DNA of 64,000 nt from Phoronis australis (Eukaryota; Animalia; Phoronida): the NCBI GenBank assembly GCA_002633005.1, contig NMRA01000025.1:193757-257756 (forward strand). Reading direction: 5' to 3'. A program made the position numbers and the translations under genes. The notes below the pieces were generated by a model. It ran no database searches. It was not told the origin of the DNA and saw nothing but the letters and a program-made list of their open reading frames with translations. This document shows, in pieces, positions 51,101 through 64,000 of this stretch (position 1 is its first letter; every line of letters starts with the position of its first letter).

Positions 51101-52684
51101 ACAAAAAAATATTCAGTACCAAGTTTGCTTGTTAAATAAAAATTTCTCCACAAAGGCAATTCAATTTCACAAAAAGAATTCAGTGTCATTGATTGGCTTG
51201 TAGTTTTAGAAAAAAATTAAATAGCTTCTGGTAAAACAGGCCAAACAACAATCCAGATCCATTAGTTGCAAACATATTAAGACTAATCTGCCACAACCCT
51301 AGGGTGCAACATAATATGATTTGCGCAATCATTGTTATTAGGGTATTACAGGGCAGAAATAACAAGGAATAGCGCGAGATCACCATGGCACCTTTATTTT
51401 ACAGTACTTATAGAGATTTTTCATAACTATTCAGGCAAGGAATTAGTTATTTGTAACTGAAGTTTATAGGATCAATCATAATATAAAACAATATGGTGTC
51501 TCATCTGTCATCAATTTACCAATTAATTTATTAATCAATCAACAATTCAAAATGCACATTGTCATCAATGTTTTAAAGTTCTGCTAAAGCATAAGGCATA
51601 AAATTCTTCGTCTCTTAACGTTTTAACTTTTCTGGTGTCCTATTGAAATGGGGATATAACCCAGGAGACATTGTCACAATAAACCATAAAGGCATCTGGC
51701 AGCTCAGTGCTACTAAAATATCAAAAAGCTTTTAAAACAGGTTTTGATTTACTTTTAAAAGCTTTGTAGTTTATTGGCACTGATTAGGTTTGACAATTAA
51801 CAGTCTGTTTGTTTAACTTATGTTCAGAAAAGTGGGGCAAACGTGGCTTAATTTCATGATCATGAAGTAACGACAGTTTTTATGCTGAATAACATAATAA
51901 TACTAAAAGTTTTACGTAATGTGTCCACCCGGCAGTAAACAGTCGATGATCAGATGCATAAAATTGAAATTTGATTCTAGTATTGAGTTTTTTTCAAGAA
52001 CATTGAAACTGTTCACCGTTGTAGTGGTGCTATGACTATTAAAGTGATTTACGGGTATGTGAATCAATCATAAATGTTGTTCTATTTTAAATTCAGCATC
52101 ATTCAGAAGAAATAATTAAAGAATGTACTGAAATTTGAATGGGGGTGCACATCATGTGAGCTGGTACTCTTTTGCATGGTATACGGTCTCAAACTATTGC
52201 ATCCCATAAATCCAAGACACTTGTGCAGCAATTGCAGTGAAAAATCTTCACTTACGGAACAGGAACAGTCAGTGTATACCCTAACACTTCAAAACCTCAC
52301 TGACCAATCACCATGGCTGCAATTTTCCTAGGATATGCTAGTCATCTACTGAGCATACTCATGAAACAAGTGCCTTTCATATGTGTGAGTTTGCATGGTC
52401 TTACTTTTTCCCTCCAAGACTCTTACATCTACGGAATTGCCTTGGTTCAATGTTAGTCTGAAGCCGTGCAGAATTTGGGACTCAATATAACTTTAAAGGT
52501 GACTATGAAATGGGAGTCTACCGCCACAACAACACTATGGTAAAATCTCAACACCTTATGACACAATATGGTGGACAAGTGAAATTTCATGTTTTATTTT
52601 TTCATTTTGGAATGGGTATCTAGTCCGCAAAATGGCTTAGAATTTTGCTCTTGGTCATGCAACTGCCCCAGTTGGCCTGTATGA

Positions 52685-53109
52685 AGTCCCGTTTAGACAT
52701 CAACTTTTGGCCTGGTGCAACTGAATGGAGCAAATTGATCGGTGTCAGGCGTCCATTTACACACACAACTCACTAACTGTGGCAAGACGGAAATTGTAGG
52801 CTGGAGAGTGGATCACACATGCGCAGGTTTACAAATGACGGGAGTTGAAGAGACAGAGAACCTGTATTTAGGTCATTACACAAGCACAGTAGAGATGATC
52901 CTTTCCGCCATGCCCCAGTTTCGCGTTTAGACCTTGACACGGAGCGAGATGTTCTAGCGTAAATTGCTCTACCTAACAAATGGGTGGCAAAAGTTGTCCC
53001 CGCGGTGTCAATTTGCTCCAGTTCAGTCCCGTTTACACACATACTTGCACTGGAACAACTCGCTCCGTGTCAGCTGATCCATGTCAAATTTTGTAATGTA
53101 AACAGCACT
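52685..53109. mobile_element. Decayed PIF/Harbinger-like MITE
   Basis: Imperfect TIRs AGTCCCGTTTAGAC / ATGTAAACAGCACT with TGA/TAA flanks, and internally repeated GTCC(C/A)-TTTACACAC blocks. Confidence 0.45.
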
Positions 53110-55838
53110 TAAGTAAACACAGCTTAACAAAGAGTTTATGGTCCTGGCAGAGATGATAATTGTTTTATTACCCCTATGGGTTTTGAATGGTGGAGCCTTG
53201 AATATAATAAAAGATAAGTAGCGCCAAATAAATGCTAAAGGTCTACGCCATAGTTACATTCAAACAATGCTTCTGAGAAATTGTGGACATTCAAAACAAT
53301 ATTAGCTTCAGAAAAATGAAAAATGACCAAATTTGGAAATTATTTTTGTCCGAAATTGGTGAGATTTTACAATAGAACGAGTCTCAAACTTTCAAGATGG
53401 TCCACAGATCCTGATACCCCTCGCACTTCTTCCTGCTTTCATGGTCCCAACTGCAACTCAGTAATACAATCAAAATTAGGGTCTCAGTTAATTATTTCAC
53501 TAATGATCATCAGAAGCGGAAACTCAGGCAGCACTTGATATATCTTTTACGATGGCCTTAAAAGCCTTGTCTCCACACGTCTCTTGTATACAGCATTGTA
53601 TGGGACGTCTGGACAACTTTCTACAAAATTCTGTACACGATTTTGAATTTTTAGCTTAAAAAGTTGTGTCGGAACACCAGTCTACACACTTAGATTACTG
53701 ATTATTGTAGTCATGAATGACTGAGGTATAAGAAGTAGCAAAAAAGAATAGAAATGTGTAGACAACGAAAGATTGGCAATAAACTATCATTCTTAAATTT
53801 ATTTCAGTAGCAGTGTTCACCAATAGATATGAAAATAAGCAACTGCAACGCAACATTGGTTTTCTTTCACAAATTGAGAAAAAATATACCAATAGTTTAA
53901 GTACATTCGGTAATGTTGTTGACTGACATCAGCCCGGGTTCTTAAATGACACAAAAACATGTTGACATTTCTGACTGTCTGTCGCCTGATCCATAGTAGG
54001 TATCTCATGATCCTTTCTCCGCTGGCTGTTGAGGGACACTTCAGACAAATCCCCTGCTTTCTAATTACACTGAGTCATTGTATGCTGAATTTATTCAATC
54101 TTAAATTCAGTCTCCTAACAGATATTTTAAAAGGATTACCATTTGCGTCAGTGAATAAATATGACTGTATCCAACTGCAAATATTTCCCTTGCAGGGTCT
54201 TAGTAACCAGATTCTAAAGTAATTAAACATTCAACACTTTGTTTTGTGATTTCTATTTGACTCAGGACTTTACTTTCAAACTGAAAGATAGAAAACTGTT
54301 AATCTTATTAAATTACATTACACAATGAACAAAATAGAAAAATCTTACACTGACGTGTCATGAAAAACAAACCTCGAAATTTTACTCGGTTAGCCTCAAC
54401 TTCAAAGAAGGTGCTCTTAAGGTATTGTATTCCAATGTTTTTGCTACACTCTGCCACTGGCCTTAACCATGAGGTCAATGGTTTTAGCCTTGAGGTCGAA
54501 TCACCTCAGGGGATATTCTTAATGAACCACTAACACCTGTTTAGGAGAAGAGAAGTAAAGCAAGAACAACAATCAAAGGTTACAAATATTGTATGGAATT
54601 CACGAATCCACCTTCCCTGCAGACAAAATAATTTTAATTATCCTAGTAANCCAGCTCCCCCATGCTGAACATTGACTGCAATCAATTTTATTTTTCCAGT
54701 TGCTATAGATGGTTGTGGTGAGGCATCCCCCCCAAATTCATGAGTGGAGCCTTCACCTGGTCTCCAGCTATGTAAAGTGAATTCCAACCATGACAATACA
54801 CTTCACCAACAGCAAAATTATGTTGTTACCCCATAGCCACAAGAGTCATGAATGAGTCAATGAAGGCTTCCCTGCTATTAAAATTTAATTTCAAATTCAA
54901 GAGAATGTAAAAGTGATATTGTCATAGCTATTAGTAAAGGAAAATTTCATCTTTTTGAAACCATTTTGGTCATTTTGACTTACTTTACTTATTTTGAAAT
55001 GTCTTTTCAATATTTTCATACATTTAAAAAAAACAAAATTACTGTAACAATTAACTAGAGGTGTGACACAGTTAGAAAGTCACACAATGCAAATACTGTA
55101 TCTGACCAGTTGAATGGCTGATGTATTAGTTTTATTACCTGTTTCTGGCATCATAGCTTAAATCAACTTTTTTATGTAAATGGACTGGCACTGAAAATCT
55201 AGGCCATTGACATTGTTATCAGGGAACACAGCTTACTCAGGGCAACTGACGTTTTTGAAAATTTGCTCACTACAACCCCGACTTCTGATTTGAAGAACTG
55301 ATCTATAAATATATTTATTTCATTTTCACAGAAAAGTAATAAAAGCAATTTACAGAAATTTGCAGTAGCCTTGAATAAAACCCACTCTGATAGTTCTCAG
55401 TAGCAGCCCTGAACACTCTATTGCTGAGACAAATTCCACACAATAACAAGCAGAGTAATTTAAGCATTCCGAATATACAGTAAACACACCTGCCTTAATT
55501 TCATCAATGGCAGACAACAGCGATAATTGGCAATGTATAATAACAATAAAAAATAACTGATTCTGTTGTTTTATAGCTCTGGTTAAAGCTAATAACTTCA
55601 AGAAGTCTATACCATCCAATCATGATAATAATCCAAAAAATGAGTTTTCCCAACTGTAAAACCAATATGTCCCCTTAATTATCTAATGAATTGGAGAGCT
55701 GTTCCGTAGTGGTAGTGGTAGGAATTGTATAAAAGCATACATATTGAATCAGAATTGATATCCTTTGTAGCATTTGACCCTTAAATTCTGGTGATGAGCC
55801 CCAGTAGCGAAATAAATATGAAGTCCATAAAAGCATTA

Positions 55839-56415
55839 TTTGCACTCAATGACCTTTCTCCTATTTTATCTGATTGATAGACCAATTGCTTAGTAAAGTA
55901 GTGTAGATGATTGGTATGTAGGCTTAGACCTGTGTGCTGAAAATGAAGAGAATTCCTTGAAGAATGTAGGAGAAATAACATTTTGAAAATTAATTGACCT
56001 TTTTACTAACTGACCCTTTCCGGTGCGTTATTGCAAAATCCATGAAAAGTGTGTAATGCTGAGAACCACAATTGTTTTAACCGTTGGCTCATCAGAATAT
56101 GTGTTGAGGAAAAATTCAATTATCAGAAGAAAAATGCATCTAATGACCCCATGGTAGCACCAAATGACCTGAAACTTTAGAATTGGAACTCAATTACATG
56201 GATCAATTAGATATGCGAATTTGAAGTGTCTAGCTCAAAATCATAGTTTGCACTCAATGACCTTTGACCTATTTAATCTGATTGGATGACCTGATTACTT
56301 AGAAAAATAATGCATTTGATTGGCATGTACACTTACACCTGAACACTGAACTTGGAAAGAATTCCCCGAAAAATGTAGGAGAAATAACATTTTGAAAATT
56401 AGATGACCTTTGCAC
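55839..56415. repeat. Diverged ~409-bp-period repeat with TGACCTTT submotifs; possibly the core of an old HINE-like element (~55053-56600)
   Basis: TTTGCACTCAATGACCTTT...ATCTGATTG...GAATTCC...AATGTAGGAGAAATAACATTTTGAAAATTA.TGACCTTT occurs at ~55839 and ~56247. AACTAGAG plus the hairpin GTGTGAC...GTCACAC at 55053-55085 resembles the end of the element at 6757. Confidence 0.7.
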
Positions 56416-56618
56416 CTATTGACTACTTCCGATGGATTTTGAGTCCAAAATATATAAGAAAAAATTTATGGATGGCTTAAATGTACTTGGAAAGTTTCAA
56501 ATTTTAAAATTGAGTCATTTGAGAGTTAATAAGCTCTAGAAAAGGTCGGAATGGAAAATAAGAAGAAAAAGATAAAAACCCGAGAAAAACAAGACTGCGC
56601 TGGTACGTTCAGGTCCTG

Positions 56619-56861
56619 GGGCCTGTTCTAAGAAAGTGACTTAAATTCATTTTTGACTTAAGTTTAAGATTTGTCTTAACTTCCAAACTTTGAAACTTCC
56701 ACATTCGGTAAGTTTGTCAAAATTAAGACAAAACTTATGTCAAACACTTAAGTTAACTTAAGATCTCTTTCTTGAATTGGTTTTGAAATAAATTTAACTT
56801 TTATTATAAAATTTACTAAACTTTAAGATTTGTCTTAGCTAAGTTTTGTTGGGATGGGTCC
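56619..56861. mobile_element. Decayed MITE with CTG flanks and internal TTAAG repeats (Harbinger-like)
   Basis: CTG|GGGCCTGTTCTAAGAAAG ... TTTTGTTGGGATGGGTCC|CTG, with internal direct and inverted TTAAGATTTGTCTTA / TAAGACAAAACTTA blocks. Confidence 0.5.
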
Positions 56862-58201
56862 CTGGCCTGTGTTATTTTGAACATCTATGCAGTGACATAT
56901 TTTTAGTAAAAAATGTCAGTTCGGCCCAACTCTAGCTTGGTCACCAAAATTTGAAAACACGTTAGCTAAAAGTCGCTTTCAGAGTCTCACACTACTTAAG
57001 AGTTTTATATGCAGTAATAATTACTTAAGAGTTGTATGTGTAAATGCACGGACTCAACCCACCAATGTAGTGCTTAAGGTGGCTCTTTAATTTTTATCCT
57101 CATTAAGATCAGACCACTTTGCTAATGAAGATAGGGTGTCGTCACAGAGAACTGAGAAGAAACTTCCCAAGGGTTTTCAAAACAATAGTTCATTAAGATC
57201 TGTAATTGAATTTACCAGCCTCAGTTCCTAGTTGTGTACCTTACCACCTGGACACCAAGCACAAGCACTCATTGTATAATACTGGCAAGCAAAATACCAC
57301 CAGAGATGAATATTTTGAATCTCATCTTTCTCTTAATGCTTTTAAGAACATTCCTGGTGCTGGACAAGTGGACGATAAGCAGATACAACTACTTGAGAAT
57401 AGTTCAAGAACATGTAGTGCTTTTGGAGTCATACAATCCCAAAGTCTCAATCAAGTGCTTGAACAATACTTGAAGATAACCCCAAGACAAATATACAGGC
57501 ACCATTCAGTCCACAGATGGGCAGGATGGGGTTTACAAGAACAACCAATTCTGTGTTCACAGGCAGAGCCAGAAGTGTTTAAAGGGGTGCAAACGAAATT
57601 GTTGGTGATTGGAGGGGGGAAGGAGTTGGGCTGACAGGAGTAGCAACCTGGTGCACTTTGCAATGACCAGGGTGGCAAATGCAACTGGTAAAGGCAGGCC
57701 TTTTTGCAATGACTAGGCAATCAGGGACAATCATCAAATTCTACAGCCTTTCTACTTTCAGAAAATATGTCACAAAATTTTGTAGATATTTGGCTAAATA
57801 CCTAATCAATAAAGTTGAACATAACTTTAACATAAGTTCCTTCAAAATTCTTTGATTAAATCTAAAAACATTACGTAAATGCTGGAAAAAGTTAAACTGG
57901 CATCAAATACTAAAGCTTCCAAAATACATGTCATAAATGTGCTCTGCTTGGTAGCCATGATTTACAAGTAAACATACGTGGTAACAGACAAATACCTTTC
58001 AAATGAACAGTATACCAAAGTCACACCTGAACCAGGTTTGAATTTTGAGAGTTGCTCTAAACTGAAAAAAATATCTGGTTTACAAAATTTTGAAAATAAT
58101 CTTCCATACTCTTGTAACAACAATGTTCGACCCACCTCTCATCCCAAATGACGAAAAAATTCACCTTTAAACGTCTATGATCAACCCCCATTTGAACAAT
58201 G

Positions 58202-58273
58202 CATGGGGAGTGCACCATAGGGGGCTGGGGGGGGGGCTACACCCCACATTTTTTCAGTGGTGCACTGCCCATG
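58202..58273. mobile_element. 72-bp mini-TIR element with 4-bp flanking duplication
   Basis: CATGGGGAGTGCACCA ... TGGTGCACTGCCCATG (15/16 inverted match). AATG lies on both sides (58198-58201, 58274-58277), with a G-run interior. Confidence 0.65.
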
Positions 58274-59900
58274 AATGAGGTCTCATGTTTCTGAGTGAGG
58301 CATGTTTTCCTCAAAATTTAATTCAGCATCCCCAACTACCAGTGCTGAGTTGTGAGACCATTGACAAGGATATTTCAATCTTTATCTGTGTGAACCAGCC
58401 AAGTAGGAAAGAACCCACACCCAACTTTTAAACAATGCCTTTCTTAAATGCCTGTGCTTGGCTAACACCTACCTCTTCATTTTTTTTGTTTCACAACTTG
58501 GGCGTTTAAGTGGGAACTGAAGTTGTTTAACTCTTACAAACATGGTGCAAAGGAAAACTTCATGTCATTAAAAATTAATGTCTTTTAATAAAACAGGTAG
58601 GCACTTTAATACTCTATTTTGAGCTCTACTTGTCTTGAAATGTCATAAAAATACTTGTAAATTTTTGACAAGTTGCAGCAAGGCGCCAGCTTTTAAAAAG
58701 ATACAATGGCAGTTTCAAGTGCTTTAGTGCAATTTTTTTGAAGAATTACCACATCCTAAATCACATAATATATTCAGCTCAGTCATTTTGAGCCATTTTA
58801 AATAAAAGTTTGAATATTCACAAATTCCAGATTGTAGTGATTATAATCCTAGCATAGTGTGGGAGCACAAATATCACCAATGACAGTGACTGAATCTCCA
58901 TTTTATCACAACAGGGGGTAGGGTTATTCATGCAGTTAAAATAAAATGTAAAGCCGTGGTAAACATTGGAGAACATTTTGAGGGGACTTCAACCCCCAGA
59001 GCCCCCCCCCCCTCCCCCCATACAGAGGCAAAAAATTCTGCTTGCCATTACAAATATTAATAAAAACCTGATTGTTTCAATCAGAATGAGATTTGAATTC
59101 GGGTAAGCAACCAAAATAATACGACCATTAACTAATAGTAAACAGTAGTGACTGTTGGTAATAAATAAACTAAGGTTGACTTAGAAAGACTATTAAACAG
59201 TCAATTAACACCAACACATTTGAAGAGGATTGTAAAACTGTCTCATTTAAGAATTACAGCAGCCTGTCACTTATGGTTAGACAACCACACAACACTGCTT
59301 GTGTTACTCTAAAGTTACTGTATATTTACTCAGGAGTCTAACTACACATGTTCTGTGTATTGAGGGATGATAAGAAATACAAAACACAAGTGTGAAGATT
59401 GTTTTTGAAAGGACACTTGATAGACGTGGAAAAAAGAAGTGCATTTTTATGGAGTCCGACATGAAAACAACATGCTTTTGAAAACAACTGAATTTCATTT
59501 CTATTCAGTCACACATAATTACTAAAGCTGCATTTTCTCACTTAATGTCATAAAATAGATCCCATAATACTTCTTATTGTCATAGGACATGATTTCTGAC
59601 ACCAAGAAGAACATCCAAGCCATCAGCGACTCAAGAAAATGCTTCAGAGTTTGGCTTACCATAGGCAAAGGTAAAATTGCGAATTTGAAAATGATGCACC
59701 TACACTTGACTGGAGTTACTGGCTCATTTGGCAACAATTCTAGATCAGATAAGTGTGGTAATGTTTTTAAACCCCAAAGTGCTTTGTCCAATGTTCGTTA
59801 TTGACACTCCAGGCTAAACAATGACAAAATCTTCTTTAAGGAGTTGAGACTTGACTTAACATAAAACATATATTTTAATTTATACCTTCAAACACTTTAA

Positions 59901-60296
59901 AGCCTATCTTCAACAGTAACAGTCTGTGAACTTAGTCCTACAGTATGTTAAGAGCATTGCTCTGAGCCCACTAGTGCCATTGATTGCCAAATGTAACGAG
60001 CTTTTGCCTACGTCACCACGAGAATCATCTTTTAATTCAAACAGCTGCGAATAACACCCGCACGCAATGGTGTTCTATTGAGACCCCTATTCAATACAAC
60101 TGTTATCAGCCTTTTGTTGTTTGTGCTGGGATCTCGCGATGACGCAACATGGCACGAACAGGCAGCTTCACCTATCATTTGACGGGCTTACATTTGCGTG
60201 ATTGAACTCCCATTTTCTTATTTTACCAAGGCTTTGCTAGGACTATCTGGTTAGCCCAATACATCTAAAATAACAAACTTCCGTTGAAGTTAGGCT
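59901..60296 (+). mobile_element. 396-bp non-autonomous TIR element with TTAA TSD (Kolobok-like)
   Basis: TTAA|AGCCTATCTTCAACAG ... CCGTTGAAGTTAGGCT|TTAA (14/16 TIR match). The AG terminus favours Kolobok over piggyBac (CC). A second copy lies at ~28020-28355. Confidence 0.85.
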
Positions 60297-61486
60297 TTAA
60301 AAAGTGGTTGAAGGTATGATAAAATGTTAACTGCACTTCCAAATTTTCCTTAATTGTGAGATAGTTAACAGAGTGAATTGATTTATTATGATCCTCAAGG
60401 GTTTAATTCACATTCATTTGTTTTGATTTTCATACATAGGAATACCTACGTGAACTTTGACAACTTCATCTGTCAGAACAAGACCATCACTGATCATAGA
60501 TTGCGCAAGTGTTTATCTTAATATTCCATCAACTGAACTCAAGTGTTTGAAAGGACAGTGTTCAGTTATATAACTATGATAAGCTATCGACCAGGTAATC
60601 CTTGATGCTTCCCACCCAGCACAGCACACCTCAAGATCTCTGCCTGATAACTGGCTGCTAATGGCACTCCATCCATCAGAGGGCACTGAAGCTGCAAACT
60701 GAGTGGCAGCCTCCTCTTGGATAAGGGGTTAGAAGTGAGAATAGTTTCAGTCAAGTTTCCAAGTGAAATTTTATTAAATAAAAATCATGCCATTTTTAAA
60801 TTAAAAACCATATTTTGAAATTTCTCAAAATGATTTGATAAACTGTTCAAATGATTTTGAAAATAGTGAAAATACCCTTCTCAAACGAAATTTTTGGAAT
60901 AGCTCTACACAAATAGGATAGCCCCACTAAGGGATTCAAATATTAAAAGATGTGTACAACGCATAAAAAAACAAGTCCGTTTAAGCGAACTGTTTTAAAC
61001 AACGAAATCAGTGTTTAAACCAATGGACTCACACCAAGACCACATTCAGATAATGCATCTGATGGAGCACAGAGTGAAATTGCACAAAATGTTTTCTTTG
61101 CCTACATCTAGTATCTGACAGTATGCCATCACTAGAGATAGTGGACTGGATTTAATGTTGACATGACATTTATGGCAATTTGACTGAAATACTGTCAAAA
61201 TAGTAACTGCACACTAATCATATCAGTCTGCTCTGAAAAAATAAAACAACGGAATGGTGTTAATATTGTTAACATTGATCATTAAAACACTGCTTCCAGG
61301 AAAATGGCCTGGGTGAACAATTCCAGCACTTTTCTTTTGATTTTCCTTCTCAGTTTTTTGTTTATTAATTCATAAGCAGATTTCAGCAGTTGTAGTTGAT
61401 GTGGTGGTTAGACGCAGGAACAGGGTGTTCCAGTTTTAGAGAAGTGTTCCCAAACACTTGCACTGTTTACACAGTGGTAATCCTTC

Positions 61487-61728
61487 CATGTGCGGCTTGA
61501 GGGCTCAATTGAGCCCCCCAATTTGGCGAAGTAGACAAAGTCCACCTCAGAGAAACGAAAACTCCAAAATAGAGTAGAAAATTAGACAAAAGTCCGCTAA
61601 AAAGCAGGAACTACCAAAAGTCGACAAATGCATAATTCATAGCTTAGAAAGCACTTTGAATTTTAGTAAAAGGTCCACATTCTCAAAAATTCGAGCCTCC
61701 CCAATTTTTAAGGCTGGGTACATGCATG
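61487..61728. mobile_element. Decayed short TIR element (CATG...CATG, internal AAAGTCC repeats)
   Basis: CATGTGCGGC..GGGCTCAATTGAGCCC..., then AAAGTCC/AAAGTCG/AAGGTCC repeats, ending GAGCCTCCCC..GGCTGGGTACATGCATG. Confidence 0.4.
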
Positions 61729-62464
61729 CCTTCTGAAAACAACTATCCTTTGCTCCAGGATTTTTTCAACATTTCTTTCCAGTCAGCAACAAAATTTTAC
61801 CCTAGCAGCAGTTTTGACAATGTAACCTATGAAAAAATTACTGGTAAAAACACACCCAAGTGTATTTATTTTACAGAGAAGAGATTCCTTTTAGACACAG
61901 GTAGTGAACCCCTTAGCAAACCCTTTCTGAGGAGCAAACAATATAAGGTAGGAGCAGGGGACATGCCACTGAAATGGCACCAATCTTTTCATAATTTTAG
62001 TATAATGATTAGTTATCTTTTCAGACATGCTGTAAAAAAGTTGCAGGAAATCCAATGCCTTAACTGCACCAGACCTGTGTAGGCTACATGGTTCGTGCCC
62101 ATTGCACAAAACACCTGATTTAGCCACACTGCATGTATAAGCACACATATTCTCACCTGTTTTAGGGTGTACATTTGAAGTTTGGTATAAACAAAGGTTG
62201 TAATTTTCATTTTGGAGGGAACAAATAAAGTGGCAATTTTCGAGGTCAACAGCAGCCCCTGCTCAAATACACCGGTGGAGTAGCCCCCTCTCCCCACATG
62301 GGACCCCTCATTACATGGGTGCCCAAAGGTCTAGTGATACTTGATCCACAATCGGTAGCCAGTATAGTTATCTCAGACTGAGTTTTTCGTAGGTGCTGTG
62401 TTTGGATTATCTATGCACTTCTTTCATTATTAATTATTGTCAATCTAACAAGCCCCCCCCCTGC

Positions 62465-62521
62465 ATTTTGAGAACCAGCTTTATTCACTGAATAAAGGGG
62501 CATCAAACTGGTTCTCAAAAT
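62465..62521. repeat. Nested perfect inverted repeats (14-bp outer stem, 9-bp inner stem)
   Basis: ATTTTGAGAACCAG-CTTTATTCA-C-TGAATAAAG-GGGCATCAAA-CTGGTTCTCAAAAT. Confidence 0.85.
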
Positions 62522-64000
62522 CCACGATCCCTTTAAATGACTTGCCAATTATTGATTGGTGTAATACCTCCAAGCACTGTATAAACATGTGTATTGTTAT
62601 AGGAACAGTGATCACATTTAAAACTCACGAATGCTCACAATTTCACCCTTGGTCTAATAACATGCCCACTCCACAAGATGCACTTTCTTCTATTCTATTT
62701 CAAGTTTCATTGACCTTTTTAATTTTCTTCATCTAGTTTATGTTCTGTTTGTAACCAAATGTAATGTGCACACTTTACAGCATCACAGAAAATGTGGGGA
62801 TCAATACAATAAAATAATATAAAGAAAATGAAATACAACAGAAAGCCAACAAAGTTTGAATTCTACAATGAAACTTGGATTTTTTTGTTTTTGCTTGAAT
62901 GTGTCAGCTGCTTGTTGCAAAACACATTAAAGCTTTTTACATATCAATTTTCAAATTACCAAATTTTTAACTGCAGCAACCAATGCACCAAATGTAACCA
63001 GGTGACTGATGTACAATTTAAAACAGTCAACAAATGAGATCTAATTGAAAACATTAAATTATCAGTCGAGCAGATAAACTCCTCCACACATCCTCTTTAT
63101 TTTTCTCTCCTGATTTGCAGGTGTCATTTTACAAGGAAAACACATGTCTTTCAATTAAGCAGATAATTGCTCATCACGTTTGTTAAATGATTTAGATAAA
63201 ACTACTTAGGAACCATGCATACACAAGGTGGTTAAAAGTTAAGTGTGCAATCAGTTACAAACAGGTAATAACTTGACAGGTGATGTTTGAAAGAATACAT
63301 TTCCATTCGTTTGTACAGATGTCACTTAAAATGCTAGTGTTTAGACGAAGGTAGTGTGGGTGTGAAATTTCTTCAAAAATTCTGCCCAGCCAGTCACTGG
63401 GTTACATAAAACCTTTCCCAGACTCTCCCAATTGCTACCCCTATTACCTTGGCTAGGAATTTGGTATTCCGCCTGCCAATCAGCTGTTACTGGAGTGTGT
63501 AACACAACTCAAGGACACACCTTCCCAAGTTTTACCACAACAAATTGATACAATTGATTTCTAAATATTAAAACATTGGACTTGTTCATGTCAAGCTTTT
63601 GAAGAACCATCAAGTGAATATGCATGCAATGAAATTATTAAACAAATCTATTTCCAGAGCAGATGTCAACTAGAACTAAAAAGCTAGTTCGGTAGCAAAC
63701 TCCCTACTCACCCTGTATTGACACGGTTAATGACCTTAAACACTTTCTTGTTAGAGAAAATTAGTTCAATTTATCCCAACATTTTCTTGAATCACAGAAC
63801 CTGCACAAGTCACGCAGCCTATTCTTACCTTCCCAGGTCAAAGTGAGCCTAGCAGGATTCAAATTGCCAACATGGAATTATAACAGTGCTAATTTCAGTG
63901 GGAAATGAAAGCCGGCATCCTGTCTCCACTTTGTCACAGCGAATTAGAGTCTGAGAACCAAATGGGTAGAAAAATATCACCAGGGGGCATGGCCAACCAA

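Noticed and set aside
54650-54650. Single ambiguous base N
   Set aside because: An assembly or base-calling artefact, not biology.
57206-57634. 142-aa ORF
   Set aside because: Non-ATG start, no recognisable domain and no convincing splice signals.

Overview
Eukaryotic (metazoan) genomic DNA: AT-rich, with GT-AG spliceosomal introns. It is probably a marine invertebrate, possibly a lophotrochozoan, but the taxon is inferred. Three protein-coding genes can be assembled by hand. (1) NRBF2/Atg38 on the minus strand, with three coding exons (11267-11287, 4717-4801, 2489-3183; 266 aa). (2) UBE2T on the plus strand (11504-12169), with an uninterrupted coding sequence and arranged head-to-head with NRBF2 (216 bp between ATGs). 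(3) A kinase-less FGF-receptor-like gene (FGFRL1/nou-darake type) on the minus strand, with six phase-consistent exons from 27147 to 19318 and a candidate signal-peptide exon at 29935-29989. NRBF2 intron 1 is a transposon pile-up. It holds a structurally complete Helentron-associated (HINE/DINE-1-like) element whose 450-bp higher-order satellite carries a CTCF-like motif every 144-161 bp, a 915-bp foldback element with a 9-bp TSD plus two older relatives, and a CR1/L2-like LINE relic. From 30 kb to 64 kb there is no recognisable coding sequence, only scattered MITEs, minisatellites and enhancer-like motif clusters. No rRNA, tRNA or CRISPR was seen. All calls come from manual reading and remembered family motifs; no searches were run.
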